A stretch of 60,566 nt of DNA, the filler included, from Basidiobolus ranarum (taxonomy: Eukaryota): the NCBI GenBank assembly GCA_040143965.1. It is 15 parts of 15 records of this genome, joined end to end, with 100 filler letters (N's around TTAATTAATTAA, not from the genome) between each part and the next. Parts side by side here need not be neighbours in the genome. Positions count along the whole stretch, not along the records: positions 36,466 to 40,404 come from JASJQH010009079.1; positions 40,505 to 44,440 come from JASJQH010009080.1; positions 44,541 to 48,475 come from JASJQH010009081.1; 12 more parts are not named here. One strand, given 5' to 3'. How positions within the stretch are numbered: the first letter of the stretch is position 1; the number at the start of each line of letters is the position of its first letter. A program made the translations under genes and the position numbers. Under the pieces are notes generated by a model. That model did not search any database. It saw only the letters and a program-made list of their open reading frames with translations, and had not been told where the DNA came from. Of this stretch, positions 37,690 through 48,575 are shown piece after piece.

Positions 37690-38017
37690 CAGAATTATAA
37701 AAGGCATGGTTTCTTTGAAAACCATGTGATCATGCTTTTGCATTGGCCATGGATGGTTTCTTGCTACACACATATACCATTCAGAAGGCTTGCTGGGTTA
37801 TAATTTTAATTAACTTGAGTATTCATCCTTCTCAATGGAATAAGAGTCATAGTATCTTGATACTATACATCATATCTCAATCTAAGTCACCAGAGCTTAT
37901 ATATGGCTTCTTGGAGCCTTTGATTGTGGAATTTGAACAGTTATCAAATAAGGTTTAGATGGGCAATTATTTTTTCAAAGCTGTTATCATTGTATGTATT
38001 GGTGACACACCTGCCAT
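37690..38017 (+). mobile_element. CACTA/EnSpm (Transposase_21-like) transposase relic; probably extends upstream
   Basis: ALAMDGF...WVIILINLSIHP...FLEPLIVEFEQL...CIGDTPA. Confidence 0.8.
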
Positions 38018-39885
38018 TGTAGTTGTTCTAGGGTGTAAGCAGCAACTATAACTTCAATATCTTAAGGGTTTTGTGAGGTGTGGAAAGGGTGCAATAAACA
38101 TAATTAAATAACTGCAGGATATACTGTCATATGGTTCTGTCTCTTGCCATTTAGGTCTTTGTGAAAGAGAATCAAGCCTCTAGAAATGTCTGAGGACTAT
38201 TAAATCATAATGCAATGTGCAGCTTTCTGTTGAATAATTTGCTGGTGCCTGACAAAAGAGTATACTGGCTTCAACATCCTTTGAGAAAGAATAGATAAAA
38301 AGATTATAACCAGTCAAAAACAACTATAAACTAAGCCAGCAGGGTCTTGAACCAGGATGCACCTGTAGTGATTTATTCAAGGATAAGAAAAGTTTCTTGC
38401 CTATGCAGACAAAGCTTGCAAGAAAAATGTAAAGTACAAGAAATATAACAACTACCAATCAGTACTTCCTTTGAGCCAGTCAAGTCCTTTCTAGTCACAC
38501 AGTAGCCCATAACTGTCTCTTGTAGTCCCTCTGGAGCTTCCTCTTTGCAGGTCTCATAATTGCTGAAAATAAAAGGTGATCATCAGTAGTAATTGTTAGT
38601 TGACAACTAGGATGATTTTTCTTTGAAAACATATGGCTACTATGCATACTTTTCTAAAGGTAGAAATGAATACTAATGAGAGTTTCCACAAAGTTCCAGA
38701 GAACTCTATTGGTGGGGATGTGGGGTCATGATAGCATCATAAATCATAAGATTGGTAATCCATGAAATATTCCGGAAGGTTGTGGAATAATCCAGAAAGT
38801 CATGGAATATTTTGGCAAAATCAAGTTTTGATTAGTCAAAATTCAATCAATCATCAAATACTTTAAGAATATTGTGGAATGTTCCGGAAGATTGTAGTAC
38901 TTGGCAGCAAATAATAGGGCAAATGTGGGTAATTACTGATAAATTTCAAATGATCAGTAATAATACTAATGTAGTAATATGATTGACTAGAAAATATGGG
39001 TAAGTCAAATATGAATAACAAAATAGAAATTGTGCATTAATAACACTATAAGCTTAAAGTGGAAATAAGTCAATCTGCCAGTGAGTAGCAATGCTACCCC
39101 ACTATATCCACCCCTGAGTTTTGAACTCAAGTTAAAAACCAAACTTAGCAGGTTCAGTCATTTCCTGCTGTCTTGAATAACTTTGGTTGGTTCCCTGCAT
39201 CTGGTAGTCTGAGTTCTGTTCCATCAAGTTCAGCTGTGAAATAGCTTGCATTACCTACAACTCTACCAATTTTGTATGGGCCTCTCCATTGGTGGTCAAG
39301 CTTCCTGCTCTATTGTTTGTCAAGAGTCAAGAACAAGTTTATCAACTTGTAGCAGCTTTGGTTGGAGAGGATGATTTTTGTCAAAGTAGTTCTTGTCAGC
39401 ATATCTGGCTTTCTTCAGTTCTTCAGCAGCTTTTTCTACATCAAGAGGGTGTTTGTTAATTTAGGCTATCCTGTTGGTGAGAAGTTCTTGGGTTGTCATG
39501 TTAATCTTCCAGTTCAAAGTGTTCCAAGTTGTGGCTTCAGTTTCAATGGGAAGGATGCATTCTTGTCCATATATCAGTCTGCATGGTGAAATTCCAGTTG
39601 TTTTCTTTGTAGTGCTCCTGTCAGCCCATAGTGCTTAGTGCAGCTTTTGTGACCAAAGTTGTGACTTTCCTTGACAGGACTTGACTATTGAGTTTACTAA
39701 GAGTCCATACCCTCTCTCCATCATTCTGTTTGCCTGTGGATGGTAAGCTGTGGTGTGTGCAATATGTATGCAATACTTCAAGCTGGGTCCTGGGTCAGTC
39801 ATGACATCATATCTCCTAAATCAGCAGTGAGATGTGCTGTAGTTCCATATTGGCAAGTAATGTCTTCAAAGCTGAACTCCAAACT
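38018..39885 (-). mobile_element. Ty3/gypsy 3' end: integrase relic (about 39140-39885), PPT and ~1.09-kb LTR (38018-39106)
   Basis: GPY/F motif KLDHQWRGPYKIGRVVGNASY; purine tract CAGGGGTGGA abuts the LTR; LTR homologous to 55127-56214. Confidence 0.82.
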
Positions 39886-40404
39886 CCCTGACAGAAATTT
39901 GAGGATTGTTATCATAGGAAAACCAACATACTTTTAATCCATTTGGGATGGACCGTTTACTTACCTTCACAAAATTGTCAAGTTAGATTTGATTTTAATC
40001 AATTTTTTTAGTTTCAGGAGTGAAATTTCAAGATCTTGCAAAATAGTTGCATATGATTGGATATAATCTCAGTAAACTATGGATCAACACATTTGCAAAA
40101 AATGTAACTCAAGTTTTACACATTTACCACTTGAAGACTAATTTGTAACCTTCAAAATACCTAGTTTCTTTGATATTCTCTCCTGAATATTTTTATAGAA
40201 TTCTTCATACCAAAGGTTTAGCTCATATCCAACACAAGTTTGTATCAATATCTCCATCAAAGCCCACCATTGTATTAACATTGCTGAATCAATATTCTTC
40301 CAGCTATCTGGCAGATACCCTGCAATATTGTGCCACTCTGTATTAAGTTCTTCCCAGATATCTGCATGGTCAACACCAGACTGAATGTCAAGTTGAATGT
40401 TCTT
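39886..40404 (-). mobile_element. CCC-terminated dispersed element, copy 1 (end plus 3' part of an unknown ORF)
   Basis: Sharp boundary CCCTGACAGAAAT shared with 51829 and 58443. Confidence 0.8.
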
Positions 40405-40553
40405 NNNNNNNNNNNNNNNNNNNNNNNNNNNNNNNNNNNNNNNNNNNNTTAATTAATTAANNNNNNNNNNNNNNNNNNNNNNNNNNNNNNNNNNNNNNNN
40501 NNNNCTTACCCTCCCTTACCCTTACCAGAACATCTATACCCTATTGGTGGTAT

Positions 40554-40841
40554 TCACTTGTTGATTTATTGAGTAGAAAGTTGACATTGATAGTTTTGTC
40601 AAGATGTAAACAAACTAATGTGTAGAATATGTTAAGGAAGGTCCCAGGAACATGTGTGCAAAGTTTGGGGCTTCTAGCACAGGTTTGAAAAATCTATATA
40701 TCTGAGAACTTCTAAGTTGGTAAGAATATTCCAAGTAAATTCCGATTGAGAATAATTGATAATATCTTAGTGAGTTATAATATAACTAAGTACTAAGTTA
40801 TATATGACTATTTAGGTGTTTAGGCAATGCTAATTTCAACA
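40554..40841 (-). mobile_element. Copia family B LTR, truncated
   Basis: Matches about 27100-27388; ends CTAATTTCAACA. Confidence 0.9.
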
Positions 40842-41113
40842 CTTTTCATCCCCCTAGCCCCAACCCTAAGAAGTGCATAATATGGCTGAAATAGGATAAT
40901 AAAGAAAATCATACACGTGTGATTTTAATTAAATCTAAGTTCCCCATAATACAATAGTTTTCATAAAAATATTCAAATTATCAAGTAGATTCTTAGGTTC
41001 ATCTTATTAATATTAAATGTTTGTTATATCTGATAATGCACATCACCTACACTCACTTTATAAGGATATTCAGTTCAATTCCTCATCTTGTTATTCAAAC
41101 CAGTTTAGTGTGA

Positions 41114-42919
41114 TCAGTTTGGCAATTTATTGTCCAACATCGCACGAGTGACACTCCCAGCCATGCATAGTTCAGCAGAAGATACACTGGCAGCATATAC
41201 CCTGCCAGCACAGTTCGAAGAGCGCATACAGTTTCCATACCCATTTACCAGCATTATTCCGCAGGCTCTGGCATAAAGCTCTCGAACCCCTTCCTTGCCT
41301 TGGGTGGGGTATAAATTATGAATAGAAGCCCCACCATCTTCTTGTAGCCTGCGCTTGAGTGACAGAGTCTCAAATAATATTACACCGGCTTCTCCAATAG
41401 CTCCCATACCGAGTAAGCTTCTTGGGATGTTGCTTCTACATAATGCGTTGATAAGGACTTCGGTGAATATCCAAAAACCTTCGACAACACGCTGTTCTAT
41501 GTACTCGTAGTATTTATCACTTATATAATTCTTTCTCTTAGTGCTCTCAGGTAACGCCTCTGCAGCCATATCGCGTACTTCGGTTAACTTCCGCTTGTTA
41601 AGGCAGTCGCGGTATGAGCAGTTTACGCTTTCTTTCACCTCAGGCAGCCATTTATTACGCAATGCAATCCTATCAATTGCTTCCTCTCCAATACGCCCAG
41701 ATACTTCAATCATAGTTTCACTCGATCTATTCTTATTTCTTGCTGCCTCTGCATGAAGTAGCTCTGCAAATATCATAGATACATCCACAGCGTCTGTACT
41801 AGCCACATCCCCGGGCAGGACAGTCATTGCATAGTAGATTCCAAAGTATGGTGATACGCCAACATCATGTGGTCTGCTATTATATTCTAGTAAAGTTTCA
41901 TGATATACGTATTGTGCCCATTCACTTGCATTTTTCCGGAATGATGTCGACTCGTGCTTCAGTAACTTGTGTACTATTTCTGCCGCCTCATCTATGGCTC
42001 TCTTAATTACATCCTGCTCCGGACAAGGTGTGCAGTAACTTTCAAACGTGGCCACCCATTCTCTTAATACCTGGACACTTTTCTCGATGGTTAACTCCGT
42101 TTTAACTGAATGACGAACTTCCCCAGTTACTGTTTCGATTATCTCTTTTTGTAATCCATACCAACTATGAGTAAGCGCAGCTGTTGTATGGGCGTTAATA
42201 AAGTCCTTGAATACTCTGTTGTGGATACGGTCTAGGCTAGATTCATTAATACGTCCTACGACTGTCTGTATATGCAATAGCACCACCGCTGGGTCTACAT
42301 TGTCTTCAACATGATCCAGCACATTTTTCCCATCATTTTTGTCACTAACTCTTAGCAACGCGTAGCAATCATGTAAAAGAGCCACTATACCACTCAGAAA
42401 CTGTGCCACCGAGTCGTCGGATTTTGTATATTCTTGTTTACGCAGAACTAGAGTTTGCATATAGGCAAGGTACATCATACTATTAGTCACTCTATCTTTC
42501 AAGTAGCCACGCAGATCTCCGTTCCACGTCTTATGTAATTTGTATTCTGCCATGCTATCAAGTGTTGAGCACCACATTTCCTGCATTTGGATCACAATCT
42601 CGTTTCCGTAACTTTCAAATGCATCGTTAAACATTCTACTTCCTTCTTCTTTCGCTTTATTCAAAATTGAACAACCTGTATCAGTTGTGGCGGGCTCCAG
42701 TATACTATCGTAGTTCTTTGCTAGAAGATGTAAGTCGGCGACTATTGAGCATGGACCGGGATTGTCTAAATCAGTATCCAACAAACACTCCCACACGCGT
42801 CCGTAGACCTGAGAGGGAGCATAAGCCTTCTCTGCACTTATGGTTTCTATAACCTTCTTGGCCTTGAACTCCCCGGCGGTGTAAGCATTTAACCAGTTAT
42901 CGGATTCGCTAACTACCAT
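41114..42919 (-). CDS. 601-aa intronless protein; putative tandem (alpha-alpha) class I terpene/isoprenoid-synthase-fold protein with non-canonical motifs
   Basis: The long clean ORF is well supported; the function is tentative. Two sets of Y-x3-R (R143, R477) are each followed about 40 aa later by an NSE/DTE-like segment (LLHDCYALLR...N199; LFETLSLKRR...N535); WY at 253-254. Confidence 0.6.
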   Translation of the reverse strand: MVVSESDNWLNAYTAGEFKAKKVIETISAEKAYAPSQVYGRVWECLLDTDLDNPGPCSIVADLHLLAKNYDSILEPATTDTGCSILNKAKEEGSRMFNDAFESYGNEIVIQMQEMWCSTLDSMAEYKLHKTWNGDLRGYLKDRVTNSMMYLAYMQTLVLRKQEYTKSDDSVAQFLSGIVALLHDCYALLRVSDKNDGKNVLDHVEDNVDPAVVLLHIQTVVGRINESSLDRIHNRVFKDFINAHTTAALTHSWYGLQKEIIETVTGEVRHSVKTELTIEKSVQVLREWVATFESYCTPCPEQDVIKRAIDEAAEIVHKLLKHESTSFRKNASEWAQYVYHETLLEYNSRPHDVGVSPYFGIYYAMTVLPGDVASTDAVDVSMIFAELLHAEAARNKNRSSETMIEVSGRIGEEAIDRIALRNKWLPEVKESVNCSYRDCLNKRKLTEVRDMAAEALPESTKRKNYISDKYYEYIEQRVVEGFWIFTEVLINALCRSNIPRSLLGMGAIGEAGVILFETLSLKRRLQEDGGASIHNLYPTQGKEGVRELYARACGIMLVNGYGNCMRSSNCAGRVYAASVSSAELCMAGSVTRAMLDNKLPN

Positions 42920-44540
42920 TTTATGACAGATTGGCTATTGAATAAGGCAGTTCCAACGATAGTTGATAGGTGTTACTCCAAGTATAAAATATTTTGAGAG
43001 ATAAAGCGGTATGATAATGAAGAGGTCAAGCTCCGTTATTTAAGTTATATACCTTTCTATGACGTTTAAGGAGAAATGAAGTTGCCCATCGTTCTCTTAC
43101 TTCGTATATTTTACTCTGCTTAGTGATACCCCATAGTATTACCCTTGTTACTGATAATGCATATCAGATATGGCCGGGTTCAAGATCAAAGGCGATATCG
43201 ATGTAAGTATCTTGCTCCTGCATTTTCAAGATTAATAATTGAAGAACATGGACAATATAAACATCGGGTATTGATTCTACGATCCTTCAAGAACACTTAA
43301 ATATAAACCCTTTTTATCATTAAAATCACATCATTCTTGATATTCTCGATAATAACTTCATGGACAAGGATTCGATGTGTTGATAAGGCACGCTGCTCTC
43401 TTCTAACTCTACGTACCTGGTGATAGGTATCTGATTGGCAATTCCGTTAAAATACATATATAACTTAAGAATTTACACAGACATCGAATCAGACCTGTAG
43501 GCTTCTAACTCTTTTTGGAAACCCTCCGCAGAAACTGTCTCAAACAATAAACATTTATAAAAATAACCGGGAATTGGACGCGGTACCTTCACAACCCAAA
43601 CGAGGAATCATACGATTAGACCATTGAGCCCTGGTTATTAATGTTAGAGATGTTACCCGCTTAAGCCATTAGGAAAGGATAAACAACCCCTAAGCCAAAT
43701 GAGTACGTCACTGAAACAATAGCATAATTTATGAAAATTCAAGGAACAGAGAAGAGAGCCAAGCAGGCTTATATTGAGGATTGACTGTTGGGAAAAATCT
43801 ACGACTAGGATTATTTGAGCCGTATTCATTGACGGTTCAAGATATCACATTACGTGACTGCTAACTCATTTCAATTTAAGAGAAACCACTATTTAAAAGA
43901 ATAGTTGATCTTAGCAGTGTAACATTGTACATGACATATTATGGAACAATGACGATGGCTATTCTCGAATATTGAAACAATCAGGAGATTTATGTTTATT
44001 TGATTCAACTGGGTTAAACAACTCAGATGATCCTGATCTGTTATGAGTCCTCACTGCAGTAGTCAACACAACTATTTGCTCATTTTACTAAAACATATCT
44101 CAAGACTTTGAGGAGTACACATAATAGAGGACCCGAGTTGGATTTTTTCTAGGTGCGGGCTGTCAGGAGGAAGTGAGAGGGCATACCTCCTAACTTGAAA
44201 CGGGAAAGGTCAGGGTGAGGATGGAACAAAATTAAGTGGAAATTAAGAGTCTGAAAGCTGCATACCTAGCATAGATACTACCACTTTGATCTCGTTCATT
44301 GCAAACTTTCTACCAGCGCCTATAAATGATATTTCATTAGTTGGAGATATTCAGTACTCCACTTAGAGACACATTCTACTTTCACATTCTATCTACATTT
44401 ATGAAAGAGCCCGATGCGGGTGGGGTCGGAATAAGCTTATNNNNNNNNNNNNNNNNNNNNNNNNNNNNNNNNNNNNNNNNNNNNTTAATTAATTAANNNN
44501 NNNNNNNNNNNNNNNNNNNNNNNNNNNNNNNNNNNNNNNN

Positions 44541-44657
44541 TTGGATGTCACGCACTAGCACAGAAACCTTCACTTGGTCACCCTTGTTAAGTAAAGCCTT
44601 GACAATATTCTTTCCTAGAGCACCTGTGGCTCCAACTACGAGTACTGGAAGTGACAT
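44541..44657 (-). CDS. 5' end of an NAD(P)-binding NmrA/isoflavone-reductase-like oxidoreductase
   Basis: MSLPVLVVGATGALGKNIVKALLNKGDQVKVSVLVR, Rossmann GxxGxxG motif. Confidence 0.88.
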
Positions 44658-45887
44658 ATTAAATGAAGAGAAGATTCAGAGTAATTGATGATATGGATGT
44701 TGATATGTTAATGAAACGAAACTTTCTACTTATAAGCGACCATACGTAACAAAATGGTAGAGACAAGAGACCTCGGTAAGCAAGAGCTAACATTCGGGCC
44801 GAATGGCGGTTATACAGGCAAGATATTATAAGGTTTGACTACGTATCTAATGGATCGTGATTGTATTTCCTATACAGTAAGTGGAATATTACCATTTTTG
44901 ATTTTCTTAGTAATGTCAAGAAATGCTTGCCAAGATTGTCACCGAAGTAACTAGCCAACGTAGTAATATATTTAGGCTAGTCTGTATTGAAGAAATGTGA
45001 CCATATCTATATAAGCCAATATAGGGTACACAAAGCAAATAATTTGTCAGCCAAACATATAGAAAATCTCTTATTATGGTATTATCTGATGATCGTGTTG
45101 GCAGGTTGTAGACTCCGTGATGTCATGGATATTAGTCACTCATAGTATTCTCAAAGCTCGTATATCAATGAGATTCTCATTCCAACTACATGTGCCTAAC
45201 TAGCGGCATCGCAATCAAGTAAGCATTCTCCTTATTACTAACACTTCGTGTGACATATCTTAAACAGTACCTGTCACAACGATCAAAGCAATTTCCAACT
45301 GTAGATGGAAATGGCAATGCTGAATAATCAATATATAAGACTACTGACTCATATTCAGCCGCGAAACTTAGTCAACAATCATATTTAATTGCTAATATTT
45401 TTCATACCACCTGAATGTGAAGATATATGGTGTGTAACAAAAGCTTATATTTCTTCAATCAATTAAGGAGCAATTATTTTCACTTTAGCTCCCATAATTT
45501 GCCGACAGTTGGCAGAAGTGATGCTGATAGAATATCTTCTAAACTTGGACAGTCTGCTCCATATTTTAGTATGACGGATCTTATATAGCAGAGGCGACAC
45601 CAAATATAAGCTATTGAGGGACTAGGATATCCATGTATAAAAATAGGTGTCAGAGGGGGAAATGATTATAGGCTTGCTTTAGCTTTATAGCATTCAATTC
45701 TAGTATTTGTAATTCAATAGCTCTAAGGATTATTATACATATCAATAGGGAAAGAGAATTCAATGCAAGTGTATGACATGGAGGTCATCATAGATTTAGC
45801 AAAGCCAATACTGTGCTTTCAGTAAAGAAGTAACAGTGAATGCAATGATTTTCACCTTAATCGCTTTAACCTTTATTAGCAACTCTA

Positions 45888-46211
45888 TGTTGAAATTAAC
45901 ATAGCCTGAACACCTATATAGTAATATATAGCTTAGTATTTAGTTATTCCATATTTCACTAGGATATAGCCCATTATTCTCAAGAGGAATTTACTTCGAA
46001 GTTTGAAGATATATAAATTTTCAAACTTACCCTGGAAGCCCCAAATTTTGCCTGTGTTCCTGGGACCTTTCTTAACACATTCAATTTGTTCGTTTTTCTA
46101 CCTCTTGACAAAACTATAAATATCAACTTTCTACTCAATATATCAATAAGTGAAAACCAATTCTTCTAGTTCCAAAAACCACTTCCGACAAACTCCCAAA
46201 ATACTTTAACA
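45888..46211 (+). mobile_element. Copia family B solo LTR
   Basis: TGTTGAAATTAAC...ATACTTTAACA, homologous to 19775-20122. Confidence 0.9.
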
Positions 46212-46921
46212 AGAAAAGGCCATTCCTGTGCGCATATGTCAAGAAACTGAGTGAAAAAACGTATGATACAGGGAACAACATAGTATCAGTTAAATCACTT
46301 GTATGATATCGATTCTCACATTGGAGCACTATTTGTTGCATTTGGAGGTTTGTTCAAATGGTGTTATACCACAGTTCCATATGAATTACATAAAGAAACT
46401 TACCAGTTTGTGATATTTCTTATATCAACAATATCACTTGAACACTCTAATCATTGAAAAGCTGTGTAAATGAGGCAGCTCTGAACTCATCTTTCATCAT
46501 CAAAAACACTACTTTTCTCCAAACTGCTCATTTGATTGCCATACCTTATTGATGACTGATTATACTTGACATTATTCTCTTATATCACGTGATATGCTCA
46601 ATAGTGGTTAGCAATATATGAACAGTCCATCATAGTAAATTCTATACAGCAAGTATTAAGATATTTCAAATTCAGAGCGGACAGAAAAGCTACAAGAGAT
46701 ATTAACAAATGAAGCTTAGAGTTCAACTGGTATTAATGTAAAGTAAAGTTTTAAGCAAACATCACAGCAACTAAAATTAAATAGGCTTTGGTGTCGGTAT
46801 TTGAGGGGAATTGGAAGTTGCTAAGAGAATACGACAAGGTGAAGGAGATGATTTATTTGTTTACAATAAGTGATTTCTAAGACAATATGAATTGACTCGC
46901 AACATATTAGCTTATATTTCT

Positions 46922-48475
46922 CTACCATTGACCACCCTTCACTTTATCCCAGAACTCTGGGAAGGCACCAACGGCGTTATATTTGGCACGGACTTGACGG
47001 TATAGGGTGTGATCGAACATTTGTTCGAATTCCTCGCGATTCATAAAGTTATCAGCATACATCATTTGATAACCTCCAACATCTCTGGTATATTTCTCCA
47101 TCTTGCGAACAGCCTCCACAGCATCCCAGGGCTTGTTAGCCTTAACCGCGGGTGGAATCCCGTAAGCACCCAAATCGAAGAAGATTTCGTATGGAGGATT
47201 AGTATTGGATAAAGTATTCTTTGGATCCCTTATGAAACCAGACAATCCCTCAGGTTTCTTGTAGACACGGATCGTGTAGAACAACAATGGATAGATACTG
47301 AATATATCATCGAATAGATCTATAGCATTTTTCAATTCTGACATCGGGACCATGATATCTTGAACCACATGCTTGAACGCCACTTCCTTACGAATCTTGG
47401 GTGTATATGTGAGTTTAACGAAGGAGACCTTAGGTGCTCCCAACCAACCAAGGAAGTAACGATAAGCCCAGTGGTTACTGAAAGGAATCAAGTCCTCTAA
47501 TTCCCAGAAAATACTCCGAGTATGTCGATGAATGTAATGACGTAGTGGAATGTATTCGTCAAATGTTCCCTTGGTGAGGGCAGTTTCCGTATGTTTATAG
47601 AACCATTCTTTCCACCAGTAGTTCACGTGATTCTCTTTGGATTTCTTTTCTGGGGTATCCACAGTGTCGAACTCACCAGCCATGATCACTGCGGTATCTT
47701 TGCTGAAGATTGTCATCTCAACGAAATTAGGTCCATTAGGGGATTCTGTGAGCGCGGTAATTTTCTCTTGAATCTCATCTTGAGTATGGCAAGGGATATA
47801 TGTTAGATGCATGTGTGATTGACAAGGGATGATCTTGAGCTCCACCGATACCAAGAATCCAAGAGTACCATGACTCCAAGGAAGGGCGTAGAAAAGGTCG
47901 GAATTTTCTTTTCTTGAGGCACGAACCAAAGAGCCATCACCAAGGACCACTTCATAAGACTCCACTGTATCCGACAAGAAACCATGTTTATGAGAGTTTA
48001 CTTCGATACCGACACCCATGAGTAAACCACCCACGGTAAGATCCTCCATTTCGATCATCAAAGCAAGTTGATATCCCATGGGAGTTAAATGAGCTGATAA
48101 TTGACCCATATCCACCAAGGGTTCACAACGGACAAGTTGACGTTCAGTATCCACCTCTAATATATCGTGTAAGTTGATACTGATTCTAGAGCAATCTTCC
48201 TTGAAAGTAGCAATACGAGTGGACATGGTCATCCAAGTAGGACGAGCAGTGCACATAAGACCCTTTCTACCACTCTGGTTCCACTTTTTGACTTGAGCTT
48301 GGACACCACGAACACGTTGGTCATGAAGATACGGAGTGGAGAGAAACTTACGAACATACCAGTTACGAAGACGGAAGTAACCATCGAAGAAGAAACTCAA
48401 TGGTAGAGCGAAGCATAAGATGAAAAAACCACGATTCTTTGTCAAGAAATTGGTGGTTGGCTCATACAAGGAAGA
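46922..48475 (-). CDS. DHCR24: Delta(24)-sterol reductase, FAD-dependent (DHCR24/DWF1 family); extreme 5' end off-contig
   Basis: MCTARPTW, VRCEPLVDMGQ, EMEDLTVGGLLMGVGIE..SHKHG, LPWSHGTLGFL, EYIPLRHYIHRHTRSIFWE, HVVQDIMVP, GAFPEFWDKV. Confidence 0.95.
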   Translation of the reverse strand, partial: SSLYEPTTNFLTKNRGFFILCFALPLSFFFDGYFRLRNWYVRKFLSTPYLHDQRVRGVQAQVKKWNQSGRKGLMCTARPTWMTMSTRIATFKEDCSRISINLHDILEVDTERQLVRCEPLVDMGQLSAHLTPMGYQLALMIEMEDLTVGGLLMGVGIEVNSHKHGFLSDTVESYEVVLGDGSLVRASRKENSDLFYALPWSHGTLGFLVSVELKIIPCQSHMHLTYIPCHTQDEIQEKITALTESPNGPNFVEMTIFSKDTAVIMAGEFDTVDTPEKKSKENHVNYWWKEWFYKHTETALTKGTFDEYIPLRHYIHRHTRSIFWELEDLIPFSNHWAYRYFLGWLGAPKVSFVKLTYTPKIRKEVAFKHVVQDIMVPMSELKNAIDLFDDIFSIYPLLFYTIRVYKKPEGLSGFIRDPKNTLSNTNPPYEIFFDLGAYGIPPAVKANKPWDAVEAVRKMEKYTRDVGGYQMMYADNFMNREEFEQMFDHTLYRQVRAKYNAVGAFPEFWDKVKGGQW

Positions 48476-48575
48476 NNNNNNNNNNNNNNNNNNNNNNNNN
48501 NNNNNNNNNNNNNNNNNNNTTAATTAATTAANNNNNNNNNNNNNNNNNNNNNNNNNNNNNNNNNNNNNNNNNNNN

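Noticed and set aside
40505-40870. Telomere-like CCCTTA/CCCTAA motifs
   Set aside because: Only 2-3 imperfect units at 40505-40525 and 40850-40870; not an array.
41114-48475. Terpene synthase-like, NmrA-like and sterol reductase genes as a biosynthetic gene cluster
   Set aside because: A linker at 44441-44540 separates the contigs, so the adjacency is arbitrary. Only the NmrA-like gene and DHCR24 are truly linked.
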